DNA of 32,000 bases from Methanothermobacter thermautotrophicus str. Delta H (GCF_000008645.1 NC_000916.1:330001-362000); one strand, 5' to 3'; counted from the first letter of the stretch, positions 11,063 through 19,934 are shown. Program-made: numbers and translations. Notes: generated by a model not told the origin, from the sequence alone.

Positions 11063-11956
11063 ATGGAGATTAACGGAACACTGATTGAGGATACATTCTC
11101 TGAGGCCTTCACAGGGAGATGTGTGAGGGCCACCATAACGGCCCGTGACATGGAGACCGTCAGGAGGGCGGCCCTTGATGCAACCGCAACCCCCGGTGCA
11201 GTCATAGGGAGGGTTGAGGGTGGTGTTGAATCCTTCCTGGGAGGCGAGGACACCCCCGACGGCAGACCCGGGGCCGTGGTCCAGTTCTACTATGCCCTGG
11301 ATGACATGGAGAAATTCCAGGTCGAATTATCCTACCGTATAAGGCAGGACATACTGGTGAAGCCCTTCACAGCCCTCTACAGCTCCACCCCCGACCCGGA
11401 TGGATACCTGGATATGATGAAGCATGTGGGACACTGCGGTGATGGCTATGAGTGGTTAGAGGAGTTCAATGGCCGTGAAATGATCAACGTACCGGTAGCC
11501 GTCCCTGACTTCAAAATAGAATCAAGGATGGGCTACAGGGAGGCCATCATGGGGGCCAACTTCTGGTACATGTGCAGGGATCCTGACACGGTACTGGAGG
11601 CAGGCAGGGCCGCCATAAGAGCCATAGAGGAGGTTGAGGGTGTTGTGACGCCCTTTGATATCTGCTCCGCAGCATCAAAGCCAGAGACAAATTACCCCTG
11701 GATAGGCCCCACCACGAACCACCCCTACTGCCCGAGCCTGAAGGAGGTGCTCGGTGACGAGTCAAGGGTCCCGGAGGGCGTCGGGTACATACCTGAGATA
11801 GTCATAAACGGCCTGACAATGGAGGCCCTTGAGGAGGCCATGAGGGCCGGGATAGAGGCTGTCTGCAGGTACGATGGGGTCCTGAGGGTATCTGCAGGTA
11901 ACTATGACGGTAAACTGGGGGACCACAGGATAGACCTACACGGTGTTCTGGGATGA
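11063..11956 (+). CDS. ehaS: Formylmethanofuran:tetrahydromethanopterin formyltransferase-like protein (FtrII type)
   Basis: [16 protein letters not shown] start, [30 protein letters not shown] and [10 protein letters not shown] all match Ftr family blocks. Confidence 0.85.
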   Translation: MEINGTLIEDTFSEAFTGRCVRATITARDMETVRRAALDATATPGAVIGRVEGGVESFLGGEDTPDGRPGAVVQFYYALDDMEKFQVELSYRIRQDILVKPFTALYSSTPDPDGYLDMMKHVGHCGDGYEWLEEFNGREMINVPVAVPDFKIESRMGYREAIMGANFWYMCRDPDTVLEAGRAAIRAIEEVEGVVTPFDICSAASKPETNYPWIGPTTNHPYCPSLKEVLGDESRVPEGVGYIPEIVINGLTMEALEEAMRAGIEAVCRYDGVLRVSAGNYDGKLGDHRIDLHGVLG

Positions 11957-12849
11957 GGTTCGATGCGGTGGGCCTTGGAGCCCTCAACATGGACCAGCTC
12001 CACATGGTTGAGAGGATAGCAGGCCCGGATGAGGAGACCTTCGTGAGGGGGCTCGTGGAATCCTGTGGGGGCTCAGCAGCCAACACCATGATAGGCCTCT
12101 CAAGGCTCGGTCTCAGGACAGCCCACATAGGTAAGGTCGCCGATGACAGGGAGGGGGGACTCCTCAGGAGTAACCTCTCATCTGAGGGGGTCACGGATTT
12201 CACCGTCGTAGCGGATACAGGTAGAAGCGGCCGTGTGATGGGCTTCGTTGACCCTGACGGTAACAGGGCCCTCTACGTTGACCCTGGAGTCAACGACACA
12301 CTCAGGGTGGATGAGGTGGCTGATGAGGCCCTTAACACAGAACTGCTGCACCTCACATCCTTCGCAGGTGATGGCATAAATGTCCAGGTGGAAGTCATTG
12401 AGGCACTGGATGAATCCGTGACCGTCAGCCTGGATCCAGGACACATCTACGCCTCAAGGGGAGTATCTGAGCTGTCAGATATCCTCGAGCGCACCGACAT
12501 CCTCCTCACAAACCAGAGGGAACTTGAGCTGATGACAGGGTCCGCTGACCCTGAGGAGGCAGCATCACTCCTGGGAATCGGGGTGGTTGTGGTTAAGATG
12601 GGCGCCCGAGGCGTCAGGGCATGGGACGGTGAGTCTGTGATGGTGGATGCACTGAGCACCGAATGTGTTGATACGACGGGGGCCGGTGACGCCTTCAATG
12701 CTGGCTTCATATATGCCTGGCTCGAGGGCTTTGGCCTTGAGGTTTCATGCCGTTTTGGAAACTACATAGCATCACGGTGTATCGGAGGATACGGTGCCAC
12801 AGAATCCCTCCCCGGGACCGGCCCTGGATGTCCTCAGGAGGTACGCTGA
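11953..12849 (+). CDS. ehaT: PfkB/ribokinase family sugar or nucleoside kinase
   Basis: [17 protein letters not shown]-terminal signature and [14 protein letters not shown]-terminal PfkB signature; 4-nt overlap with ehaS. Confidence 0.85.
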   Translation: MRFDAVGLGALNMDQLHMVERIAGPDEETFVRGLVESCGGSAANTMIGLSRLGLRTAHIGKVADDREGGLLRSNLSSEGVTDFTVVADTGRSGRVMGFVDPDGNRALYVDPGVNDTLRVDEVADEALNTELLHLTSFAGDGINVQVEVIEALDESVTVSLDPGHIYASRGVSELSDILERTDILLTNQRELELMTGSADPEEAASLLGIGVVVVKMGARGVRAWDGESVMVDALSTECVDTTGAGDAFNAGFIYAWLEGFGLEVSCRFGNYIASRCIGGYGATESLPGTGPGCPQEVR

Positions 12850-12927
12850 GGGTTGATCTTTAATGTGCTGGATCCGGGAATCTGGGTGTGCTGAGGCCTG
12901 ATGTTGATCCCGTGAACCGGAAAAAAA

Positions 12928-12936
12928 TTTAAGTAA
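12928..12936 (+). promoter_or_regulatory. Probable TATA box for the polyferredoxin/CBS pair
   Basis: AAAAAAATTTAAGTAAATA in an AT-rich stretch ~75 nt upstream of ATG 13004. Confidence 0.45.
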
Positions 12937-13003
12937 ATACGTTTAAAAGGTAATAAAGGGTTGTGTTAACTCTTGAAGCTTGAAAGGATGCAGGGGTTGT
13001 ATC

Positions 13004-13765
13004 ATGGATATCATCTTTAAGAAGAAACTGGAGGACCTCCGGAGGGATGTTGCACTAAAGTCGATGGACCTTGAGGAGAGACCTGAGGACGTTGATGTGG
13101 AACTTGCAAGCTGCAGGGTTCTGGACAAATTCATAGACATAACACCGAAGTGTGTAAGGTGCAATCTCTGTTTTGAGGAGTGCCCTGTGGACGCCATATC
13201 AGAATCATCAGCATCAAAACCTGCAAGGATACTTGATAACTGTGTTAAATGTGAGATATGCGCCCAGACCTGCCCTGTGAGGTGCATAAACGTTGTTGAG
13301 AGCACCGCCACCATCGGTGACGAGGACGTCACCTACAACCTGGAATACGTCAGGATCCCCCACCGCCTGCTCCGGATGAAGAACATAGAGGTCACAGATA
13401 GATGCACTGCATGCGGGACCTGCACCAGGTTCTGCCCCACAGGTGCAATTCAGTTAGATAAGGAGATCGCGGTGGTCGATGAATCCATCTGCATTGGCTG
13501 CGGGGCCTGCGTCAACGTCTGCCCCTCAGATGCGGTGGAACTTGAGAGGGAACTGGGCCCTGTGATTGAGACCCGGCGGCTCCTGGTTGACCAGGATGCC
13601 TGCGTCGAGTGCCTTGTCTGTGAGGAGAACTGTCCCACCGGGGCCATAAGGATTGAGGATGGAGAGGTTGTGGTTGATAAGGATAAATGCATTCTATGTG
13701 AGGTTTGTTCCACAAGGTGTCCTGTGGCAGCACTGAAACTGGAGAGGTTGGCAGATGAAAGTTAA
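13004..13765 (+). CDS. 6[4Fe-4S] polyferredoxin
   Basis: Six CxxCxxCxxxCP motifs; ATG 13004 (MDIIFKKKLEDLRRD) preferred over TTG 12980. Confidence 0.88.
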   Translation: MDIIFKKKLEDLRRDVALKSMDLEERPEDVDVELASCRVLDKFIDITPKCVRCNLCFEECPVDAISESSASKPARILDNCVKCEICAQTCPVRCINVVESTATIGDEDVTYNLEYVRIPHRLLRMKNIEVTDRCTACGTCTRFCPTGAIQLDKEIAVVDESICIGCGACVNVCPSDAVELERELGPVIETRRLLVDQDACVECLVCEENCPTGAIRIEDGEVVVDKDKCILCEVCSTRCPVAALKLERLADES

Positions 13766-14390
13766 GGAGATTATGGATAAGGAGTTTATAGCAGTCTCCC
13801 CTGAGGATCGGGTTGTTGATGTCTCATTGAAGATGGAGGAGACACGTAAGTTCACAACACCTGTTGTTGATGGGGATGGGAAGCTCGTTGGATGGGTTAC
13901 AAGCTTTGACGTGATGCGGGGACTCCGGGATGGACTTGAACGCGTCTCTGACATCATGCAGCCACCGGAGAGGATAGTTCATGTAAATGAAAACGACCCG
14001 GCCAGGCTCGCCGTCCTGGAAACAGCCCATCACAAACTGGTGAGCATCCCGGTCCTGGATGACAGTGGAAGGGTTGTGGGGGTTGTGAGGTCATTCGACA
14101 TCGTTGAGACCCTCTCCCAGCTCTATGAGATCAAGGTGTCCAAGATATTCGAGGCCATGAACGGGGAGCTCAAGGGTGTGAGCTGGGATGAACTCATGGA
14201 GGCAGCTGCCATAATAACGAGGAGGCGCACCGGTAAGAGGATAAAACCGAAGGAGTATGAGGAGAGGATCCGGAATTCAACCTTCGGTGAGGCCATATGG
14301 GCAACAGGTGGCCTTGAAAAATTCTTTGTGGGCCTGATAGCCATAGGTGAACTTGTCATTGCAAGGAAGATTGCAAGGGCAAGGAAATAA
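13755..14390 (+). CDS. Tandem CBS-domain protein with C-terminal extension
   Basis: KVKEIMDKEFIAVSPEDRVVDV...TPVVDGDGKLVGWVTSFDVM and VSDIMQ...SIPVLDDSGRVVGVVRSFDIVE are two CBS repeats; overlaps the polyferredoxin end. Confidence 0.85.
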   Translation: MKVKEIMDKEFIAVSPEDRVVDVSLKMEETRKFTTPVVDGDGKLVGWVTSFDVMRGLRDGLERVSDIMQPPERIVHVNENDPARLAVLETAHHKLVSIPVLDDSGRVVGVVRSFDIVETLSQLYEIKVSKIFEAMNGELKGVSWDELMEAAAIITRRRTGKRIKPKEYEERIRNSTFGEAIWATGGLEKFFVGLIAIGELVIARKIARARK

Positions 14391-14476
14391 TCACCCACCC
14401 CTATAACTTTTTGGAGATCATGTTTCTCTTATGATACCCAGTGGCCATGTTCTGTCTGTCTGTTTAGGTGCCTCCA

Positions 14477-14755
14477 CTATTCTTTTAGCCTGCCCTTGCG
14501 GAATAGTTCCTCTCTCTTTATTCTTGGTACCCATATTGATCCATGAACTCGAGTCTCTAATCGCGTCTTCAGGATCATCTTGTGGTGCTGAGTTCTATTT
14601 AATCCCGGATCTAATGGTTGAATGGATTTTGAAGCCTTCTTAACCACCATGACCCTGTAAGATTTATTACCCTCTTTCACCATAATACTCTTGAGGAACC
14701 ACTCTCCTGCAGGTATTAGAGTCTGATAATCAAAAAGTTTGTGTTTCAGGGGCAA
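14477..14755 (-). CDS. Hypothetical protein, doubtful
   Basis: 92-codon open frame, TTG start, no convincing RBS. Confidence 0.25.
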   Translation of the reverse strand: MPLKHKLFDYQTLIPAGEWFLKSIMVKEGNKSYRVMVVKKASKSIQPLDPGLNRTQHHKMILKTRLETRVHGSIWVPRIKREELFRKGRLKE

Positions 14756-15174
14756 TGGAGATTAAAGTGCTAGAGAAACTTGCGGAATTTTTTGAAGAGA
14801 AGGATGAAGTGGATTTAGCCTATCTTTTCGGCTCCACTTCCAGAGGGGATAAGGGGAAACTGGGTGATTTTGACATTGGAGTTCTACTACGGGAGCCCCT
14901 GGAAGAACAGGGGATGTTACAGTTTCAACTGAAATTGCTTGATGATCTTGTATCCCTGCTTAAAGCAGATAAGGTTGATTTGATTATCATGAATGATGCG
15001 CCACTCTCCTTAAATTATAATATCATAAAAGACGGCATACTCCTGAAAGATGATGAGGAAAAAAGGATAAAGTTTGAGAAAAATATCATGTCAGAGTATC
15101 TGGATAGGAGGTATTATATGGACAGGCATGCGAGAATAGCCATCAAAGGGATAGCCCAGCAGGGATTAATATGA
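14755..15174 (+). CDS. mntA: MNT-domain nucleotidyltransferase antitoxin of an MntA/HepT pair
   Basis: LFGSTSRGDKGKLGDFDIGV matches GSx10DxD of minimal nucleotidyltransferases; 4-nt overlap with a HEPN gene. Confidence 0.85.
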   Translation: MEIKVLEKLAEFFEEKDEVDLAYLFGSTSRGDKGKLGDFDIGVLLREPLEEQGMLQFQLKLLDDLVSLLKADKVDLIIMNDAPLSLNYNIIKDGILLKDDEEKRIKFEKNIMSEYLDRRYYMDRHARIAIKGIAQQGLI

Positions 15175-15588
15175 AAAATGAGATCTCATCAAAATTAGAG
15201 AGATTAGGGGAATACCTGAAAATATTGAGGGGTTATCAATCCCATACCCTGGAAGATTTGAAAAATGACGTCACTTTAAGGGGAGCTGTTGAAAGATACC
15301 TGGAGGTTTCCATAGAATCCTGCCTTGATATTGGAGAAATGATCATATCACAGGAAAGGGCCAGAAAAACCAGAAACCTACAGAGAGGTAATAGAGATAC
15401 TCGGGGAAATAGGAGTTTTACCAGAGGATTTTGTGGATAAATTCGCCCCAGCTGCAGGTTTCAGGAACCTACTGCTTCATATGTACGCAGAAATAGATAT
15501 TGAAAAGGTCTATGGATACCTGCAAAACAACCTGGATGATATAAACAATTTTGCAAGGTTCATCGCAGAATACCTTAAAAAATCATGA
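15171..15588 (+). pseudogene. hepT: HEPN-domain HepT-like toxin, frameshifted at an A5 run (15365-15369)
   Basis: Frame 1 ends as nonsense after ERARK. The other frame continues PETYREVIEILGEIGVLPEDFVDKFAPAAGFRNLLLHMYAEIDIEKVYGYLQNNLDDINNFARFIAEYLKKS*, containing the RX4HXY motif RNLLLHMY. Confidence 0.85.
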
Positions 15589-15836
15589 AACAGGGGCCAT
15601 GGCTGCTTTCCTTTTCTCACAGTATTCCCCTGTAATGATGATTCAATATCATGATGGGGCCTAGCCATCTGATGCCATACCTTTTTATTATCTCCTTCTC
15701 ACTCTACCTTCTGCCAGAAACCGGCACCCTTTATAACCTGGAGGTCCATGATTCACCAGTTTTCCTGCTCACTGAAAAAACTGGTCTGTGGGTTCAGAGT
15801 CTCACCTGGGTCATATCTCAGCACAATATTAAGAAA

Positions 15837-15845
15837 CATTTATAT
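15837..15845 (+). promoter_or_regulatory. TATA box of the metal ATPase gene
   Basis: CATTTATATGATATG ~50 nt upstream of ATG 15892. Confidence 0.6.
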
Positions 15846-15849
15846 GATA

Positions 15850-15881
15850 TGAACACACATGAATGTGTATTCATATGTTCA
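15850..15881. promoter_or_regulatory. Candidate ArsR/SmtB-type metal-responsive operator
   Basis: TGAACacacATGAATgtgtATTCATatGTTCA: perfect 6-bp inner arms with 4-bp spacer and outer TGAAC/GTTCA arms. Confidence 0.6.
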
Positions 15882-15891
15882 GGTGAATCCT

Positions 15892-17709
15892 ATGGGATGT
15901 GAATGCAGCTCATGTTCCCCATCAGGGAATGGTAATGAAATACTGGTTATGGCAGCATCGGCAGCACTCCTTGCAGCAGGGATCCTCCTTGACCTCCAGG
16001 GAAGCATGATATCAGTTCCCCTCCTCATTGCAGCGGTTGTAGCTGCAGGATACAGGATATTCCCGGCAGCAGTCAGGTCAGTACTCAGGGGCCACTTCAC
16101 GGTGCACGTGCTCATACTCATCGCAGTCATCGGTGCCATCGCACTGGGTGACTACACTGAAGCGGCCCTCGTGACCGTCCTCTACCACATAGCAGAGTAC
16201 CTCGAGGAGTATGCCCACAGAAGATCACACAGATCCGTGGAATCCCTCATAAAACTCAGGCCCAGAACCGCGAGGGTCCTTGATGGAGGGGAGAGGATCA
16301 TGGGGGTCGAGGATGTTGAGGAAGGAAGCACAATAGGGATAAAACCAGGGGAGACGGTACCCCTCGATGGAACCGTTAAATCGGGGACCTCACAGGTTGA
16401 CCAGTCCAGCATAACAGGTGAGTCCCTCCCTGTTACCGTGGGGGAGGGTGACCAGGTATTTGCAGGTACACAGAACCTTGACGGGTACCTGGAGGTTAAG
16501 GTCACAAGGACCTCCGAGGCGACCGTACTCGCAGGTGTCATTGAAACGGTCAGGAGATCTGCTCTCAGGAGGTCCAGGAGGGAGAGATTCATTGAACGCT
16601 TCGCATCAATCTACACACCCACGGTAACTGGTCTTGCAGCCCTCACAGCACTCATACCGGTACTCACCGGAGGCGACCCCCTCACATGGATATACAGGGC
16701 CCTGGTGCTGCTGGTCATCTCATGCCCATGCGCACTCCTCATATCAACACCGGTCGCCATGGTCTCGGGAATGACAGCTGCGGCCGGGAGGGGAATCCTC
16801 ATCAAAGGTTCAGAGTTCCTGGAGAAGATGGCCTCCACCGGATGCATCATATTCGATAAGACAGGGACCCTCACCGAGGGAAGACCAGAGGTGATTGCTG
16901 TTGAACCGGAGGAGAGGAGGGATGAGATACTCAGAATAGCAGCATCCCTTGAGAGGAAATCCGGACACCCCATCGCAGAGGCCATAGTGAACTCATACAG
17001 TGGCAGAACAGTGGACGTGACAGACTTCAGGTCCATCCCGGGGAGGGGTGTCTCAGGTTACATAGAGGGTGTGAGGTACACCCTTGGAAGCCCGGAAACT
17101 GGAGGTGGGAATCCAGATAGAGGTACGGAGGTTCAGCTAACAGGACCGGAGGGTGTTATAGGCGTCATAAGACTCAGGGACAGCATCAGGAAATCCGCAG
17201 GGAGGATCACAGGGAGGCTCAGGGAGCGGGGTATCGGTACTCTGATGCTCACCGGTGACACTGAGGACTCTGCAGCGGCGGTGGCTGCTGAGATCGGTGC
17301 TGAAAGATACCGTGGGGGCCTGCTGCCAGAGGATAAGATGAGGATAATACGTGAACTGAGCTCCAGGAAGATCACGGTGATGGTGGGGGATGGTGTTAAC
17401 GATGCACCGGCACTTGCAGCGGCGGATGTGGGTATAGCCATGGGTGTCAGGGGATCGGACGTGGCCATTGAAACCGCAGATATAACCCTGGTGGAGGATG
17501 ACCTTGAAAGGATAGATGAGCTCATTGACATCAGCAGGAGAACCATGGATATCATCAGGGTTAACACAGGGTTAACCGTTGCAGTGAAGCTTTCCCTGGC
17601 TGTTCTCTCTGTCGCTGGCCTCGTACCACTATGGGTTGCTGTTGCAGTGGGTGATATGGGCCTTTCCCTTTTTGTTATAACAAACAGTCTGCTCCTTGCG
17701 AGGTTCTAG
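15892..17709 (+). CDS. P1B-type heavy-metal (Zn/Cd/Pb-like) translocating ATPase
   Basis: SCPCALLISTP transmembrane motif, DKTGTLTEG, TGES, MVGDGVNDAPALAAADVGIAMG. Start chosen at ATG 15892 after AGGTGA. Confidence 0.92.
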   Translation: MGCECSSCSPSGNGNEILVMAASAALLAAGILLDLQGSMISVPLLIAAVVAAGYRIFPAAVRSVLRGHFTVHVLILIAVIGAIALGDYTEAALVTVLYHIAEYLEEYAHRRSHRSVESLIKLRPRTARVLDGGERIMGVEDVEEGSTIGIKPGETVPLDGTVKSGTSQVDQSSITGESLPVTVGEGDQVFAGTQNLDGYLEVKVTRTSEATVLAGVIETVRRSALRRSRRERFIERFASIYTPTVTGLAALTALIPVLTGGDPLTWIYRALVLLVISCPCALLISTPVAMVSGMTAAAGRGILIKGSEFLEKMASTGCIIFDKTGTLTEGRPEVIAVEPEERRDEILRIAASLERKSGHPIAEAIVNSYSGRTVDVTDFRSIPGRGVSGYIEGVRYTLGSPETGGGNPDRGTEVQLTGPEGVIGVIRLRDSIRKSAGRITGRLRERGIGTLMLTGDTEDSAAAVAAEIGAERYRGGLLPEDKMRIIRELSSRKITVMVGDGVNDAPALAAADVGIAMGVRGSDVAIETADITLVEDDLERIDELIDISRRTMDIIRVNTGLTVAVKLSLAVLSVAGLVPLWVAVAVGDMGLSLFVITNSLLLARF

Positions 17710-17749
17710 TAACGGTGTTATAACAAACAGTCTGCTCCTTGCGAGGTTC
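17674..17749. repeat. 33-bp direct duplication (GTTATAACAAACAGTCTGCTCCTTGCGAGGTTC), period 43
   Basis: Exact copies at 17674-17706 (end of the ATPase CDS) and 17717-17749 (after its stop). Confidence 0.95.
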
Positions 17750-17784
17750 CGGTGTCAGTAAGAACCCCTTAAATTAATTTTAAA

Positions 17785-17825
17785 TCCTAAAAAAAAAATA
17801 AAATGGTGGTGCTGGACCACCATTA
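17785..17825 (-). terminator. Hairpin plus T-tract terminator of the minus-strand gene
   Basis: ATGGTGGT...ACCACCAT stem overlapping the stop codon, followed on the minus strand by a T-rich run (TTTTATTTTTTTTT). Confidence 0.6.
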
Positions 17826-19574
17826 AAAGGGAAGGCTGGCGTATATTCCCTTGATCTTTGCTGTTGCAGTGTTCCAGCTGTTCACAGCACCGAGGCTATT
17901 TTTTGAGCTCGTGGCATCTGCAGCGTACCATGTGTCACCCACAAGCACCTGTGCCCACACATGGCCGTAGGTGTTACCTGATGTGAAGGTGCAGGTTCCA
18001 TGCACGTACCTGGCGGCAAGACCAGCGGTCCTGAAGAGGGCCACCAGGAGGTGCGAGTGATCCACACAGTTACCTGTCCTGTATTTGAGTGTACCCGTGG
18101 CACCGTACCTTGTGTTGTAGTAGAAACTGTAGCTTATCCTGTCACGCACCCAGTTGAATATCGCTGTCGCCTTATCCCATGCACCGGTTAATCCTGCAGT
18201 CAGGTTTGCTGCCAGTGATTTAATTGCCGGATCATTAACCTGACAGTTTGCTGTTGCAGCAAGGTACTGGGAGGTGCTCTCACCGGTGAAGGGATCGTTC
18301 TCGGCTCTGTTCCTGAGTGATGCTGTGGGTGCTGTTGATGCACTGATCTTTTTGATGGTGACGTAGTTTGGTAGTCTGCTGTTGTCCTTCTGGAATTTGA
18401 GGATCCTTGCAACCGCGTAGACAAGGTTGTCACTGGATATCTTCCCTATGGTCGAACTCACGTAATTGGGTGCTCTTCTGTTGCTGTTTATGAATTTAAG
18501 TACACTGGATGCCAGTTTGAGATAAGCTGACTTTGAGAGCTGTCCTGTGGCTGAACCTGAAGGGTTCGGTGCGTTGCCAACTGTGCGCAGCGTCAGTGAG
18601 ACTGTGGACCCTGCAAGTTTCAGAAGGTCCTTCAGCATGAGGTCAAGGAACTGGGCGGTACCCAGCTTCTGACCACCCACTGAAACCGTCGCCGGCAGTT
18701 TACCGTAGGTTTCAATGTATTTTACAAGTTCTGCTGCAGATTCCCTGATGGTCACAGACGTGTTCCTGAGTGATGCTGTGGGTGCTGTTGATGCACTGAT
18801 CTTTTTGATGGTGACGTAGTTTGGTAGTCTGCTGTTGTCCTTCTGGAATTTGAGGATCCTTGCAACCGCGTAGACAAGGTTGTCACTGGATATCTTCCCT
18901 ATGTTCGAACTCACGTAATTGGGTGCTCTTCTGTTGCTGTTTATGAATTTAAGTACACTGGATGCCAGTTTGAGATAAGCTGACTTTGAGAGCTGTCCTG
19001 TGGCTGAACCTGAAGGGTTCGGTGCGTTGCCAACTGTGCGCAGCGTCAGTGAGACTGTGGACCCTGCAAGTTTCAGAAGGTCCTTCAGCATGAGGTCAAG
19101 GAACTGGGCGGTACCCAGCTTCTGACCACCCACTGAAACCGTCGCCGGCAGTTTACCGTAGGTTTCAATGTATTTTACAAGTTCTGCTGCAGATTCCCTG
19201 ATGGTCACAGACGTTATGCCTGCACTGTCACCTGCAGCCCTCACTGTGCCGGTGGAGTTCTCCGGGTTCACAGCCACTGAACCGGGTGAACCGCTGGTGC
19301 CATTAACCTCCAGCAGACCTCCCGATTCTGTGACCGTTTCATCTGCCTCTGGGGTAGAGGGGGATTCATTCTTCCCGGGATCACCGGGGCTGCTCTGTTT
19401 CCCTGTATCTACAGATCCTGTTTCACTTTCATTCATGAGTTCACATTGATTGTACTCTGAACACTGTTCCTCCACCATGCATCCAGCCACGGATGCTGTG
19501 TTATCAGCTGCCACTGCATAACCTGCTGTATTAATGAGTAGTATGCATGCAAGTAGCATGCACACATATCTCAT
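17823..19574 (-). CDS. Secreted protein with pseudomurein-binding repeats and C-terminal transglutaminase-like (PeiW/PeiP-like) cysteine protease domain
   Basis: Signal peptide MRYVCMLLACILLINTAGYAVAA; repeats like LASSVLKFINSNRRAPNYV and VARILKFQKDNSRLPNYVTI; catalytic region RTGNCVDHSHLLVALFRTAGL...YGHVWAQV...WYAADATS (Cys-His-Asp). Confidence 0.85.
   Translation of the reverse strand: MRYVCMLLACILLINTAGYAVAADNTASVAGCMVEEQCSEYNQCELMNESETGSVDTGKQSSPGDPGKNESPSTPEADETVTESGGLLEVNGTSGSPGSVAVNPENSTGTVRAAGDSAGITSVTIRESAAELVKYIETYGKLPATVSVGGQKLGTAQFLDLMLKDLLKLAGSTVSLTLRTVGNAPNPSGSATGQLSKSAYLKLASSVLKFINSNRRAPNYVSSNIGKISSDNLVYAVARILKFQKDNSRLPNYVTIKKISASTAPTASLRNTSVTIRESAAELVKYIETYGKLPATVSVGGQKLGTAQFLDLMLKDLLKLAGSTVSLTLRTVGNAPNPSGSATGQLSKSAYLKLASSVLKFINSNRRAPNYVSSTIGKISSDNLVYAVARILKFQKDNSRLPNYVTIKKISASTAPTASLRNRAENDPFTGESTSQYLAATANCQVNDPAIKSLAANLTAGLTGAWDKATAIFNWVRDRISYSFYYNTRYGATGTLKYRTGNCVDHSHLLVALFRTAGLAARYVHGTCTFTSGNTYGHVWAQVLVGDTWYAADATSSKNSLGAVNSWNTATAKIKGIYASLPF
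18308..19213 (-). repeat. Near-perfect tandem duplication of 453 bp (151 codons)
   Basis: Copies at 18308-18760 and 18761-19213. The only difference noticed is G/T in CCCTATGGTCG versus CCCTATGTTCG (Thr/Asn). Confidence 0.95.
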
Positions 19575-19652
19575 GCCAACCGAAATTTTACCGCCTCCAA
19601 TCCACAGTGCCCGGTAGGGTCACTGTGACATTAAAAACTTGAATCTCAAATC

Positions 19653-19662
19653 ATATATAAAT
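19653..19662 (-). promoter_or_regulatory. TATA box for the minus-strand pseudomurein-binding gene
   Basis: Minus strand reads CAATATTTATATATGA. Confidence 0.55.
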
Positions 19663-19863
19663 ATTGCGATTTTTCAGCCCAAAAAAAGACATATATGAGC
19701 TTTTTAAATTAAAATAGACCGTCAGAGAGCTTTTTATTTTTGAGATAAATGGATATGCTTGATCAATGCCCCTACTGGACTGATAGACAATCTAAGATCC
19801 CAGATCCACTTTCTGGACACACAAAAAATTTTAAATGGCGATAGGATTTCCATCGAATCCCAT

Positions 19864-19873
19864 TTTAAATATA
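19864..19873 (+). promoter_or_regulatory. Possible TATA box in the 19.6-20.2 kb intergenic region
   Basis: TTTAAATATAAAGG, ~60 nt upstream of a short ORF with an RBS. Confidence 0.35.
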
Positions 19874-19934
19874 AAGGTCTCTTTAAGGGGATTTAAGGAT
19901 GGGCCGGGGTGGGGCCAGACCATGGTGGAGTTAC

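Noticed and set aside
1-12849. Assignment to the Ehb rather than the Eha operon
   Set aside because: The gene count (20), the 6- and 10-cluster polyferredoxins and the HAD/Ftr/PfkB tail match Eha. Ehb is described with 17 genes and different ferredoxin sizes.
15651-15902. 83-aa ORF upstream of the metal ATPase
   Set aside because: Overlaps the ATPase TATA box and palindrome; no RBS or recognizable domain.
18308-19213. CRISPR or mobile-element repeat
   Set aside because: It is an in-frame coding duplication with protein repeat motifs; no terminal inverted repeats or transposase.
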